Shown: positions 25,628 to 41,100 of the stretch, piece by piece
Numbering within the stretch: position 1 is the first letter of the stretch
Layout of the letters: every line of letters begins with the position of its first letter
Source of the DNA: Bugula neritina
Lineage: Eukaryota > Animalia > Bryozoa
DNA: 64,000 nucleotides
Direction: 5' to 3'
NCBI GenBank assembly: GCA_964035545.1
Contig: OZ037770.1
Location: 2,760,662-2,824,661 of the forward strand
Made by a program: the position numbers and the translations under genes
Notes under the pieces: generated by a model
Databases searched by the model: none
What the model was told of the DNA's origin: nothing
What the model saw: the letters and a program-made list of their open reading frames with translations, nothing else

Positions 25628-26437
25628 CTCGGCTAGTAGTAACTAATGTGGAGCTTTTACCAACACAGTATGACTTGAAAACACTTGACATACTGTGTAC
25701 TATAGTCTAGCTGATCTAGCATCTGTCTTTTCACACCAAATGATTTAGATAAAACTAAAATGCTGAATGGGCTAGTGTGTATTATTCGCTCAAACAAACA
25801 TTTTGGGTATCGACCAATCAATCAGCTGATTAGATTAACACAGCAAATGAGAAGCAAGCTTTTATATATAGCCAATTAATTTGTTTCATACATTCTAGTA
25901 GTTTCTATGAGTAAAGAGGTTTACTGTGACTCACTAAAGTCTATATTATTAAATTATTGAAACCAATTGTTTTGTTTCATAAAAATTCATAAGCAATTTT
26001 TGCTGAAAAAGGGTAATACAATAGAACATGATGCTTTAATGCAAAATAATATAATACAACATGATACAACGTAATATTGTACTTTAATATATGATATTAT
26101 ACAAAATATAACTTGACATAGTAGGATATAGTACATTACTATTACTTCGTGAAAACTCACACAAATTTAGAAATTACGTTATCTCCGCGAGAACTTTTGT
26201 GGAAAGAGTTTTTTAAAGCAACCTAGAGACTTATTTATTTGTGGGGCAGGAGCAGTTATGACTGAATGCTTCTGCATTGTTGGCTTTTGATGGGAGGAAA
26301 ACTGTTTATAGGAAGCTTTACCTATCGTCCTATAGTCAGGTCAGTAGAAACTATGCTTTTTTGTTGCACATAACAGGAATTTGATTGGATAAAGTTTAGT
26401 AGCTGTAACTTTCTATATTCTATCAGATTGCATTCAG

Positions 26438-27661
<1,224 letters not shown>

Positions 27662-28189
27662 TATATGCATGCAGCCCTGTAATGCATGCGTCGCTTTTAC
27701 AACAGCTAAAATAAACTATTTATTTGCATTAACAATTATTTCTACTTAGTTTTTTTCATTTAGTGGCCAATTTTGCTTTTAAATTATTACATATTTTAAC
27801 AGAATGTTATATAGTAATTTTTACCCATACATGAAGCATTGTAGTATTATAGTGTATAACTTTGATTTTATCTTGAATAAATATCATGTATAGCACTTTT
27901 ATCAAATGCTGTTACCAACTTCGTACACAAACAACAAGAATATAACTTGTAAAATGAAATATTGTATTCAATGATATGTTTACTGCTAAAGTCCAAATTA
28001 CATTTGTTAAAATAGTGTAATGCTCTATAACTATTGCATCACAACATGCACTTTTAGCAGCTATTTATTTATAACTGAAACTAAATTAGTGGATCAATAG
28101 CATGTCAGCATAATTATTTTCTATTCTAGCATGAACCTCAGTATTTCATTCTAAAATAACTCTAAAAATAGATCTCTGTTCTTTATAAG

Positions 28190-28278
28190 TATAGTTCCTT
28201 TCTCTATAAGCCAGATGTTGGTTACCACTGTAATATAGTTCCTTTCTCTATAAGCCAGATGTTGGTTACCACTGTAAT
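28190..28278. repeat. 44-bp tandem duplication
   Basis: TATAGTTCCTTTCTCTATAAGCCAGATGTTGGTTACCACTGTAA twice. Confidence 0.85.
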
Positions 28279-29109
28279 GAGGGAGCACAGCTTTGTAGGT
28301 ATCAGCTAATGACATATGAAATCTTGTAAAAATTTTATTATGCTTTTCGAATCACTAAAATTTGAAAGCAAATTTGGGTAATAAGTCAACACTAGCAGGA
28401 CTATAGTTGCAAGAGTGCACTTGGATAAGTTTAGCGATGTGATTCCCTTATTTTCATTTGGATATTTCGGAGCGGCACACTAGTTTTTATTTGACCAGTA
28501 GCCTCACCCCTCCAGATAAATAACAAAGAGTTTATGTTCACAAGCTATATATGATAAAATAAACTATGTACTAATATTATAAAATAATTCCTAAGTGTTA
28601 ATATAAAATTCAAATTTATATTAACAAAATTTAAAATGAAATTAACTTATCAAACACAATATACATATTTCATAGCTGTTTCTTATATGTTTCAAAAATC
28701 TTCATTTACATATAATTAAATTTTCTTTTAACAAACCACTAGTATTTATTCGAGAGAGACAACTTCATATGTACTAAAATGAATCCGTAAATCTTTTTGC
28801 AAATAGCAAAAAACATTTATTGCTTCCGTATAATTCAAAAATATATAAATTTAATTTTATTAAAAAGGATAAAGCAAAAAATCAGCAAAATAAAACCAAA
28901 TCATGAAGAAGAGCAACTGCTAGCAGCATTTTCGCAAGGTTAAGCTCGCCATATTGGCGTTGTTACAGAAGCCGGTTTATAGACTATATGATAGTTATTT
29001 ATATAGAAGAAAGTAATAGCGGTTGCAAGTGCGCTCTGTTGAGTTCCGCTGCAGAATCTAAAAATTCAAAAATAGTTGATGATCTTGTTATTAAACCTTG
29101 GCATCCCAA

Positions 29110-32100
29110 ATGAGCGGGGACGAGCAACGTTTAGAATCTGCTATTCAGGTAAAACTGAGGCACCAATTTCTAAAAGTGACAGTGAAATTGAAATACTAAT
29201 ACAGTAATACTAATAGTAATACTAATAGTAATAGTAATACTAATAGTTATACTTATACTTATAGCAATACTACTACTACTAGTAATACTTATACTAATAC
29301 TAATACTCTATTACTAATACTAATAGTATTATTGTAATTAAATTTAATATTATTATCATTTCGGGACATTGACAATTACTCATCTGCCTTTGGTATGGTA
29401 AGTCAACATGAAAGCGGTAGCTAAACTGAGTAAAAGTAAATAATTTGGTAATAAATCTAATAAACTTGATAACTACATAAATTTTGCATTAATAATAAAA
29501 TTAATGGTAATATAATTTTATAAATTAAAATAATAATCATTATGATTATCATAAAATACTAAAATTTAAAATTCGAGAATGACTTTTACAATTATTATCA
29601 CTTTGATCGCAATAATAGATCATAGCTTTTTTAATGATATTATGAAATAAAACCTTTAAATATTAATAATCATGATTTTGAATGTTGTAATTATCATTTC
29701 AGCAGTAACTAGGTTTAAGAGTAACTACAATTGCAATAGTCATAATGATAAGTATAATTCAATTAATATTGTAAATGAAATTAATGATAGTTTTAGTTTA
29801 TACTCATACTTGTATTCTTACTTTTATTTGTATTTTTATACTTAGTTTTGCTTTAAAACTATATTTAAAATGTTTATAAATATATAATTTTTTCTATTTT
29901 TTATGTTCAGTTTTATATTTAGTCTAGGAGTGCTATTATAGCTATAGTAACAGTCATAGTTATTACAATAACAGCTGTCACTACAGTTATGTTGTATGCT
30001 ACCTTTCCTTTCGAAATCATCATAGACTGTGGATATTATTGTCAACCTGCTTTCTTCTGTTGGCATTATTAGTATACTTAGCTATAACTATACTAATATG
30101 CCATTAGTTTTAATCATGTTTACTGTTACTGACGTAATCTACTGACTTGTACAGTTCCATTTAATAGTGTCTTGAGGCACACTCACTCTGAACGTAGTTG
30201 ATTTTTAGTTATAAGTTGTAGCCTTGATTCAATAACATTTACATTAAGTATAGCTTTCATTAAAGTGTAATTTGAATGCTATTGGTCATATTCATATTAA
30301 CTCTAAGGCTAAAAGTCTAATTAGCACTCACTCAGTCTCGGGAGTGTTATGAGTGACACCACCACCAGCCATACAGTAACTGAATAAAATGAGCCTAAAC
30401 TGTGAATTGGGGTTGTTCCTGTAAAAAGCACTGTTTTATACTACATTAGTTCAATTTTCTGCCACTAAATATACATTAAATTGTAGCTATAGAAGTAATA
30501 ATAGTGGAAAAGTTATATTCATAAAATAGTGTCCTAAGTTCATGCTGGAGCATATTTCAAATTTTTAGACCAATGAAATTTAAAACATTTAAAACGTTTC
30601 AGTTTAACTTTCAATCAACTCTGAAGATGGTATTCAAAATATAATATTTACTTTGTTTACTTAGATAAATGAAGTAATGAACAAAAATGTTTCTTGTTTG
30701 TTTTGTTTTCAATATTATTTCATAGTTTTTTTTATGTATATAGTTTAAATTTATTTCAAATTCGATCTTGCTGTTGTCAAACTGAATTAGCACTTGAGAT
30801 TTTAAATTTATCTTGTCTTAAGTTTCTACATGTGCCAATTTAATTTGCTAAAGAAATCTAATAGCTACTATGTGTAGAGTAACTGCACAAATTCAAACTT
30901 CTAATGCTCATGATTCAAACCATCTGGCTACAGCTCACTGCATATGGTTATGCATTGATTTGTAAAGCTGTATAAATTTCTACTTTTACTCAATACTTAT
31001 TGTAAACTATTTTTATTTATGCAAATTACATTATTTCGGTTTCTCTTTTCTATTACCTAAAGGCTGTGTAAACAACCATTAGCAGATGTGTAGTAACTTG
31101 AATTTTTTCTCCAGTAAGTTTATTTGTTATTAAAAAACTCTTGGTGTTTTCTTGGTTTAGATTTAGAAAATAAGAGGTAAGTTGCTCTGTTTTTGTTGAT
31201 ATTTCAAGTTTATCAGCTGCCTACATAATTGACTAAAACTTGTGTATTTCAGTTTTCTGTAACTTGGAAACTTTTTGCAAATAGTATCATGTTTTGTACA
31301 CTGTAGAACTATGCTCCACAATTTGAGAACATGCAACTATGCGAACATGTATCGTTTGGTTTTATACGCTTCTACCTTTTCAAGCTGAAAATTTATTTTT
31401 GTGGACAAATATTTTTGTAATAAAGATGCGTATCTATCTCAATGTTTCTGCTGTTGAAAGTGTTGAGTAATTCAAGACCTTTAAGACTTATGCCTGAGTT
31501 TTATATGCAATCACTTCACTGCTGACAGTTCAGTTGGCTTTTTATTTTCTCTATACAGTCTAAAAGTATTCTCACATATAATTTTGCTGTAACTTTGTTT
31601 TGCGGACAAAACTATAACAGTTTATTTCCCATTTTCTTTCAACTGAGTTACCCGTGTTTTCATCTCGATTATGATTTTGCATAGACTGAGAGCCATGCTT
31701 GGTGCTTCGGTTTGCCTAAGTTTCTACGTTTCTGTTTGAATGCGGTGGTGTAGTGATTGTTGCTTTTACCAAGTACCTCTAGAGAGCTTACAATGAGCTC
31801 TAAACCAACGACCTCTTATCTTGTAGAAAATAGAGGATAATATTCTGAGAGGCGACGAAGATCTCACTCTACACAGCGAGGACGGTCAAGGTCGCCAGAA
31901 GGCCTCTAGCCGAGTGCGAGATATCGTGACTCGGAGTTTTGCTGAGACATCTCCAGTTAACGAGGTTAGTCTTGTTGGACTGTTTATTGGGCTAGGAATA
32001 GGGGGCGGTCCCTGAACGTACCCCAACTTGCTTGCTGTGACTAAAAGTAATCACTCAGTCTTTTAAAACCTATTTTTGAATATAGGAGTTGGGTCTGTCA

Positions 32101-35100
32101 CTGCATAGCCTTAGGACTTAACGCAATTAACTGATTTTAGTGGGACGGTGTACGGAGGCACCGCAAGGGTTCTGTTATCAAGCTGGTAGGTCTGCATGAA
32201 GCATGATGACTTTCACTGTGCATGTTATGTATGCCCAGCTTAGTCTGCAGATAATCACTTCTCTAAGTGGTTATCTGCAGAAGATGTGGCCTCACAGCTT
32301 GTTAGTGTCTAGTCAAGTGCTGATCTGCATCTTTTTGTGATAATCTGGAGAAAACCGTCTGCTGCATTCACCGATACAGCCATACACTCAGTCTATATTC
32401 AAGGGAACCATTTGGTTGGATGTTTTCCCTTCATGACTTATAGAATGTAACTCTGCTTATTCTAATTTTGTGGCAATTCAGGCAAACATGGCGTCGCAGA
32501 CACTCAGCTCTCTGATGGAGGAGAACAGAATGATGAACGCTGAGATGAACAGACTGGAGGACTTGCTGAGTCAAGCCAGAGCCGAGAGAGACGACATCGG
32601 CATCAAATACTCGGCTGTCAGCGAACGAGTGAGTTGGGCAACTTTCTATTACTTTAGTGGCTAGAGAGGGTGGTGGGTTGAGGTCCCACACTTGCCCCTC
32701 TAAATTCTGTATAGGAACTAGGGCAATCATCGAGTCTATGTGATATACAGTGAGCTCCCTTCCTTACTTACGGCTCCATTTCTCCCAAAATTTCATAGGT
32801 CCAGACCCGTTTAGTGACTTGTATATGTGTGTAGGGACATAATGGCTGAATTTAACTGATCTATGAGTTAAATCTGGTATTCTATTATGTCATGAATTGA
32901 GGTTTTTGGTCCCCCTCGAAGCTTAGTGAGATACAGAGAGAGTACTGTAGCTTAGTGAGATACAGAGAGAGTACTGTACCAGTGTTGGGCACATTGTCAA
33001 CAGAGTGTGTAGGTAGTATAAAGAGAGAGGTGGTGTAATTAGCAGCTAGTTAACGGTGATACTATCAGTAGTTTAGTACTGTGTGATGTCATCTAGGATG
33101 GGAGTCACTGATACACAGTGTTATCTTCTGCACTACCATCTTAGTGCAGTAATAGAGTCAGTTCAGTGGTCTAAGTGCTTCCATATTTTTCGGAACTTAG
33201 GTTTGGAGCGATTGGGTGGTTGGAAATCATTTTTTGCTACACTTTTATTTAAATTTCAGACTATTTTCAGCTATTACTTTGATTACTGTCAGTCAGTGAC
33301 TAGTAACTCTTATCATAGTAGTACTAACTGAGTTGGGGTGAAGGACTGTTAGTAACTGAGACGAAATACTAATACTCAGTGCTAGTAGTGGGCGGTTAGT
33401 TAATGAATAATCCTGATTTATTTCACTGGCAGGAATATTTCTGGTTGTAAAGCAGGTCATACTGACAGTCTAGTAAATGTGTGACAGGTGATTGATGAAT
33501 GCAGTCTGATTGCTCTTTATAGCTTTCCCAGCATAATTATGATGTACTGCTACATTTCTCTTTTCTTTCCTTGCAGTTGGTGTAAACAAGAATTGATAAC
33601 ATTAATGATTCATATTTATTATGCAGTTGATGGCAATTTTGACAGATTGCCGAGTAGTTATTAATGTTTAAACTGCTGAAAGTGTCAGATGAGGGAGTGA
33701 GGCAAGGCAAGGTTACTATTGTCGTTGTCAAGTCGTAGCGTCTTGAGGCAGCTACTTTCTATTCATCTCTGCATCAGTAACTTAACAAATCAAGTAATCT
33801 TGTATCAACAATGCAGTGCAAATCACAGTTTAAAAACTGTAAACATAACATTTGAAATTAAAACAGTTCTTTGAGACATGAAAGGCTGTGGCTGATTAGA
33901 ATTGCAGTTGAAGTGGCCATTCAGTAGTGAGGCTAGATAATAGTATAGTGATATGATGGTTACTGCTTGCCTCAGTTCCTAGAGTTTAATAAACATGTTA
34001 GTAAGGGTAGGGAGAAATCCCTGCCTCACTAGAGTATATATGCAGCTATGGCTTTCCTCTTTATGTTGGATTTATCCCTCTTACTTTGTAAAGAAGAGGC
34101 TAAAAGAGTGTATAAGATAAGATATATAGGGCAACTTTTACACTTATAGCCAGTTAAAGTCAACCTCATTATAAAAAGACTAAAATGTTTATTAAATTAA
34201 TTTTACCCAATTTTCCAATCTTTCTTATTAAAAGGAATCTACAGTTTGTACTTCCTTATACCAAGATATGTTTACTGCCTTTTGTCTGCAAAGATTTACT
34301 TTCAAAACTCTTCTTCCCTAATCATTGCCCCAACAAACTTTGTACAGCTTTTCAGACTAACTTGCTTTTCCATTCGGCTGCATTTTTCTGAATTTTTTCT
34401 GAAAATTTTAATCGAAAATATAACCTTCAGTGTTGCTCCTCAAAGTTGTGAGTTTCTAAAAGATGCTTTATGATAAAATATTTCCCAGTTGAAATAAATT
34501 TCGTTTTGATAAGTTATTCACTTTGATGTTGTGATTCACAGTGAACAGCTTGCAGGCGTCAGTTAGAGTAACTATCAGTGAGTGAGACTGGACTACTAGT
34601 ACTCAGTAACTACTCACTTTGAGTAGTAATTTCTCAGTTAAACCTTCTTCTAGTTCATCACACTTATTCACTCCCTGAGTTAGCCAATATAACTTGTGTA
34701 TTTTCTCCTTTAGCTATATATTCTCATTTGCTAATTGTTTGAACTATCTTTAAGGTTTCTTTTGACATTTAGAAGTAATGGAGAAATTGAGATAGCCTAA
34801 GTTTTTCAATTTTTTTTACTAACTTTTGGTTTGGGACTGAAATTGTTGAGAGAGCATAACTTCTTATGCTACATTTCTAATTTAGAACGCAGGCTTTTCT
34901 CAATTTCTCCATTACTGCAGATACCTATAATTACATTATATTACCTTACATTACCAAATATTTTACTTGCAAAATACTTATTAATTTGTGAACTTTATAT
35001 TTATACCTATTATGGGTTCGTAAAATACAGCTTAATGTACTGCAAACTTATAATATAATATTATATTAGTAATATAATATTACTAATGAGACTTATAGCT

Positions 35101-38100
35101 AAGTAAATCCCTGTAGCTATACGTGTATGACATTTACTGGTTGAAATACACCTACAGTTTTTCACTCCATACCTGGATTATACAATCTATATATTATTTA
35201 TGGAATTCACTAAACTCCTGTTATACTGAGTATAATTTTATATTCAAATTAGACTTTGCTCTCAACTTTGAGTTAGCCATGCTGTTATATTAATAATTAA
35301 TACAGATATCCTCTCTTGGGTTGTGCACTGCAGTTTTCACTATCATCTCTATGTGAGTAGTTGATATGAATATACCCTATCTATCCCATACCCTGTTGTC
35401 CTCCGTGTTTATTGATAAATAATCTCCAACAATATGACTATTATAGGTTGTATATTGGTCTATTGATCTGCCGCACCTTTTCACTGAGTTTGTGATCATC
35501 CTGCGGTGAATGAGTTCTGGCAGCTATGTCGGCAGCAACGCTGTACTGACAAGAGAACAGCTTGCTTAATTTGATATTTTTTGAAATTTTTATCAAACTC
35601 CAACTGGTTCTATTATATTATATTTCATCATAATTATATTATTCATTGTATTATATTTTCAATATGGTTATATGGGCAGCTGTATCAATTCAATTAGAAT
35701 AGGAATTGATTAACAACTCTGTGCTGCACTTAGCTAGTTCCCTTCTTGGCTAGTGTCCAACAGTTTATTTGTTGGCCAAGTCTAAGCAAACAAAAATTTT
35801 CAAATTTCTGAGGATTGTTTTAGTGTGGCTTTCAATTTTGAGCTTGTTTATTGTTATTCGTTTATTTTAGATATTTTATAGTAAATTATATAACTAGATA
35901 ATGATATATTTACTTTCTTGCTTCTCCTTTGGCAGTATAGTTATGATTTGGAGTTATTTCTCTTTACCCATTTCTGTCCAGTTTTGAAACGCAGCTGTGA
36001 CCAGCCACTATAGTACTCTAATAGTCTACCAAATGGCTATGAAAAGGTTCTTATTTTGGGTTTGAATAGTTGATGGATATTAATTTAGTTAAATATTAGA
36101 TTAAGTTTCTAGCCGAGTTGATTATCCTTTTGGTGCATTGATGTCTATAGACTCTCTGTAGCCAATGACCTCTAAGGGTATTCTTCTCGTCTCACTTCTA
36201 CCAACTCATGATATTCTTTTAAAGAATATTCATATTTTCAGTCACAATGCCAGTGAACTTTATTAAATTAATGTAGATGATCAGGTGTGCAGATTGCTAA
36301 TTCTCCTTCAAGGTGCAGCAACAGGGAATTTATTGACTTGATTTGTTGAAACTTGTTTAGTAGTATTATTTTAGTTTGAGACCCTCCCCCCTCCCTCCCG
36401 AAAATATCTGTCATTTAGAACACAGACTTTACCAATTTCCTCCAATCACTGCACCTGTAAGATTATACCTGCTAGATCCTAAGCTATAAAAGTTTTTTAA
36501 ACACCTCTAAGGCTATCCATGATTTACATATAATATACACATTACTGTAGGCTAGGTATTTGTTTTCAACAATTTGTATCTTAAAACAGATTTGTCTTCT
36601 CTTTACGAAATTTCACAATACTTAGTCATAGTGCTTTAAGATACTGGATGTATTTATTTATTATTTATCAACTACCACCATTTTATATAATAAAGCTTCA
36701 ATGACCTCTAAAAGGCATCTTTAGTTGGCTATAACTTAGATGCAGGAGAGGTTTAGCTTCAAAATAAAACTCATATACCCACAGCTCCGTAAGATTGTTA
36801 CGGGTCTATCCTATCTACAACTCGAACTAATAGAGGGATAATGCTAGGAACTGAGTCTAACTTCTCAAATCCTGTAGTACAGATAACAGGCTATTGTTCC
36901 TCATAATTTATTCACTGACAGACCAACTGGTATATCGAAGCTCATTAAAAGTGAAAACAGTTGCACAACTCGTCAACTGGTCACAGGCTTGCAGTAATAG
37001 CTTCACGTGAGGATAGTGTAGTAGTAGCGTGTTTGTTTGTATAGTGATAACTAGAGACTGCGTTGCTATGGTTACGGCTTGAGCACACACTGATAGTGTA
37101 CTCAACTGTAAGACTGAGTGTTCCTACATTTTCTCCGTGATTACTCACTAGAAACTGGGGCTTTGTTTTTGACCAATTACACCTAGACATTGTTCTAACC
37201 ATGAAATCTTCTTAAACTAAAAGTTTTATAATTCTCATTTCTATAACTGCATTATATCTCTGCCCGAATCAATGCCTTCTATTCTGTGCCATTAGACTTA
37301 TTCACTGCCTTTCTGTTTGCTGTGTAAACTAGTATGGAGTAGAGACAAAAGATATGACAATACCTGTTATAAATACCTGCCTTTCATTCAATTATTTACT
37401 CTCAAAACACCTTAGCCTAAGCTCCTTCAGCAGCAGTTTTGATCTGTCAGAGCGGGTGGATGCGGTATACACCCGTTAATTTTGCTTGTTGTGTTTATGG
37501 ATCTCAAGCTAAGACTGTGAGTAGATTAGGCTGACTTTAGACAGCAGCCGGTCATTTGCTGCTTCTCGGCAGCAGGCAGCAACTGTTTTGGGATTTATTT
37601 GGCAGCCATGAGTTACTATTCTGATGATTCAGATCCTGTAAGTGTAGCTTTTACTCTTGTATTGTACTTTTCACTGTATATTTTGTGGCTTACTAAAAGA
37701 GTGGATGCAGTGGAGAGTTGTTGGGGGTATAAATGGGAGAGGATTTATTATGTGATAAGAAACTTGGGGTTGTGTAGGTGACTAGAAAGGATAGGCAAGG
37801 TTATCTGTGGACTTCTTGGGCTCCCAGAATATATATACGATCAATATTTGACTGTAGTAATGTTTCTGTAGTGAGTGTGTCTGTCTGTATGTATGTATGT
37901 ATGTATGTATGCCTGTCTGTCTGTATGTCTGTCTGTCTGTCTGTCCACAAGGAACCATTTCTAACCAGACTAGGTATGCTGAATTGAATAATTAACTGAA
38001 GTTTTTTCCTCTTTGACACGCTTCAGTCTGGTAGAGTTTCTTGTAACACTATAATATATATTCGATATCAACAACAATATAGTATATACATTCTGTCTAG

Positions 38101-41100
38101 CTTATATAAGAGATATAGAAGAAGCACTGTATAATACCTGTTACTCTCAAGGCTTTATTTGTTGCTGTTTTTCTGTTGAGAGATTGTAAGGACCTCACGC
38201 TATGCTAGGTCAGGGTTCTAAACATAGTTTTTGTAGAAATACATTCTGCACTAGATGGACTAGGGCTACGAAACTGGCTGAAAATTGTCACTTCAACTTT
38301 GCATAATTTTTCTCTACCTCCATAATATATTACCTGATGTCTTATTGTGATACATGTGTGTATCTCTGCAGTCAATCTTCAGCTTTTTAGTGTATAGGAA
38401 GTGCCAGTCTGCGGTTTTACATTGACCTTGAAATAGCATGAATTCCTGTTAAATCTTTTAGTCAGGTTTAAAGGGGATTTGCCAATGCACCTTACACAGT
38501 ATGATTGAAATTCTAAACTTGAAATTGAAATAAATAATTCAACCTGTGGCCTAGGCCTGAGCACAACGTGGTGTTCTAATGCACCTATCAAATAATATTA
38601 TGTTACTGTTTAATATAATGGGAATAATATAGCCTTTAACATATAATATGGTATATTGCATACATATGTATATATTCTGGTTAGAAGTAATGTTTGTATT
38701 TGTACAGTTAAATAGAGTACTACATACACACAGCCTTCTACTAAGTGTGTTATGATACTAACTACAGTAAATAAAGTCAATTACACTCTGCATATGACTA
38801 GTGTATGTTTCTCCCATATCATCTCCTGTGTTAACTGATAAGCTTTACCCACACCAATATATACACAGCAGAGTAACTTTAATGGGGCAACTCAAAACTT
38901 ATCAGCTGTAAGCGTATAGTTTACACGTAGTTATGGTAACGACAGCATTTGATACTCTCTGTTAGTTTACCTCCCAAATGGGAGATTCGTGCTGTGAGGT
39001 TGCTGCGTAGTGCATGTTGCTACAACTTTGCGGTGTTTTAGTTGGAGCAGGCGCTGAGGCTAGCTGGAGGGGATATGTCGGGGGACGACCTTGGCACCCA
39101 CAATCTGGTTCAGCAGAACATAGAGCTGAGAAAGAGGCTGGAGGAAGAGCACACTAACTACAAGAGGAAGTTGCAGGCGTACCAGGACGGCCAGCAGAGA
39201 CAAGCTTCTCTCGTACAGAAACTCCAAGCTAAGGTAGGAAACTGAGGCTACACTCAGTAATCTGCAGCAAGTTTTCAGCTACAGTTATGCCTTGATTCAA
39301 ATCTTTGAATCCATGACTTTTCAAGTATTTAAATTCAGAGTTCAAATCTCCTGGTAACTTTGAAGCTCTTCGTATCTGAAGCCTTGTCAAGTATTAGTAG
39401 AATATTCTGGAATATTCCGTTGCAGGTTCTGCAATACAAGAAGAAGTGTGGCGAGATGGAGCAGACGATAAAACTAAAAGATGATCAGCTCAAACGATCG
39501 GTAAGTCACTGATAGACTGAGTTCTTCACTTGTTGGTTTGTGCGGGCCGTCATCCCGCCCCTCTTACTAATCTAACTGATTACCTTGACACTGAGCCTAA
39601 ATTCCTTGCTTGTAGTTCAAGGAGACTACGGACACTCTACAGACCAGACTAGAATCTACTGAGGCTAAGCTGAGGGCCGTGGAGCTGGACCACTCTATGG
39701 ACATCGACACGGCGCTGGTGAAACTGGAGGAGGTGAGATGCTCTTCTATAAACAGCTCAGAGTTTGGGGTTATTGAGTCTGGAGTTGAGAGTTTATGCTG
39801 AAACTTTGAACTCTAACCCCAAACTAAGAGCTGCTTATAGATAAACTTTGTTTCTTCTATATGTAGTTGATTGATTACATTTCACAGATATAAAATTCAG
39901 TGTAAATTCTGGCCATAATAAGCAGACGTAAACAAAAGTGGAGAAAGAAAAAAATTTAGAACTCTTTTCGATCATTTAAAGTGTTTACAATGTGACTGCA
40001 TATTATTCTATGATCAGGTCATAAGCCTGGCTTGGCATTTTCTTTTCTGGACTAAAAAGTCACTACCTTTATGACTGGTGCTGTCGGGCTGACGGAGAAG
40101 TCACTCAGGCGTGTCGTACACGCACCTGCAGCTCCTGCACACTATTATACTTCTTACCTTTTCAGCACTGTGAATAAAGACCATGCATAATGCATGTTGT
40201 GTGTTCAGATTTCAAAGCTATGCCATATTTAAATATTGAATTTACCGAGTCTATTGTCTACTATGTATGCAGCATTATTTGTAAAGAATTTTTATTTATA
40301 CCAGTTATGTGTTTGGGTGGCCCATTATCTCCTTTGTCATTTTAACCCCATATTGATTTTTAAAGTGCGTTAGCTCAGGTTCCTAACTTATGTTTCTCTT
40401 CTGTAGGAACAGCAGCGGGCCGCCTCCTTGGCCCACGTCAACTCCATGTTGAGAGAACAGCTAGACCAAGCCACGGCAGCCAATCAGAACCTCACTTCTG
40501 ACATCCACAGGCTAACCAATGACTGGCAGCGTGCCAGAGAGGAACTGGAGGCTAAGGAGGGGGAGTGGAGGCAGGAGGTGTGTACGCCCCGCACTTTACT
40601 TCTTTCTGAGAACACAGGCTAAGACTAGGGTGTTGTGGCATTTCCTGGTTATTGAATGTTAATTATCTGCTCCATTCTAGAATTGTTCGGGGGAATGTCA
40701 TAACCTGCGCTCATTGAGGGTTTGGTTTTCAGTAGTTTTGTTCTGAGGCTAGTGAAAATGACTTTGAATCTACATCTTTAGAGTTTCATAGCTGAATAAG
40801 TTGTAGTGTTTTTAGTAAGTGAAAGTATATGTCAACATTTTAATTATTAATAGCCAGTAACTATGACTGACATAAGGCTCAATTCACATTGACAATGCTG
40901 TTAAAGTGAGAAAGTAGATATGTTATGAATATTCCCTGTGGAATGGGTATGTTATTTGCCTAGAACGAGGCTGAAATGCTGCCATCTTTAAATATACCAC
41001 TTTTATCACTTTGACAAGTTGGTGATTGAGAGTTTTCTCTTCAATCGGGAAAATCAGCATGAGGTACTAGTAGCTAGTAGCGTTCTGCCGACTTTTGTTG

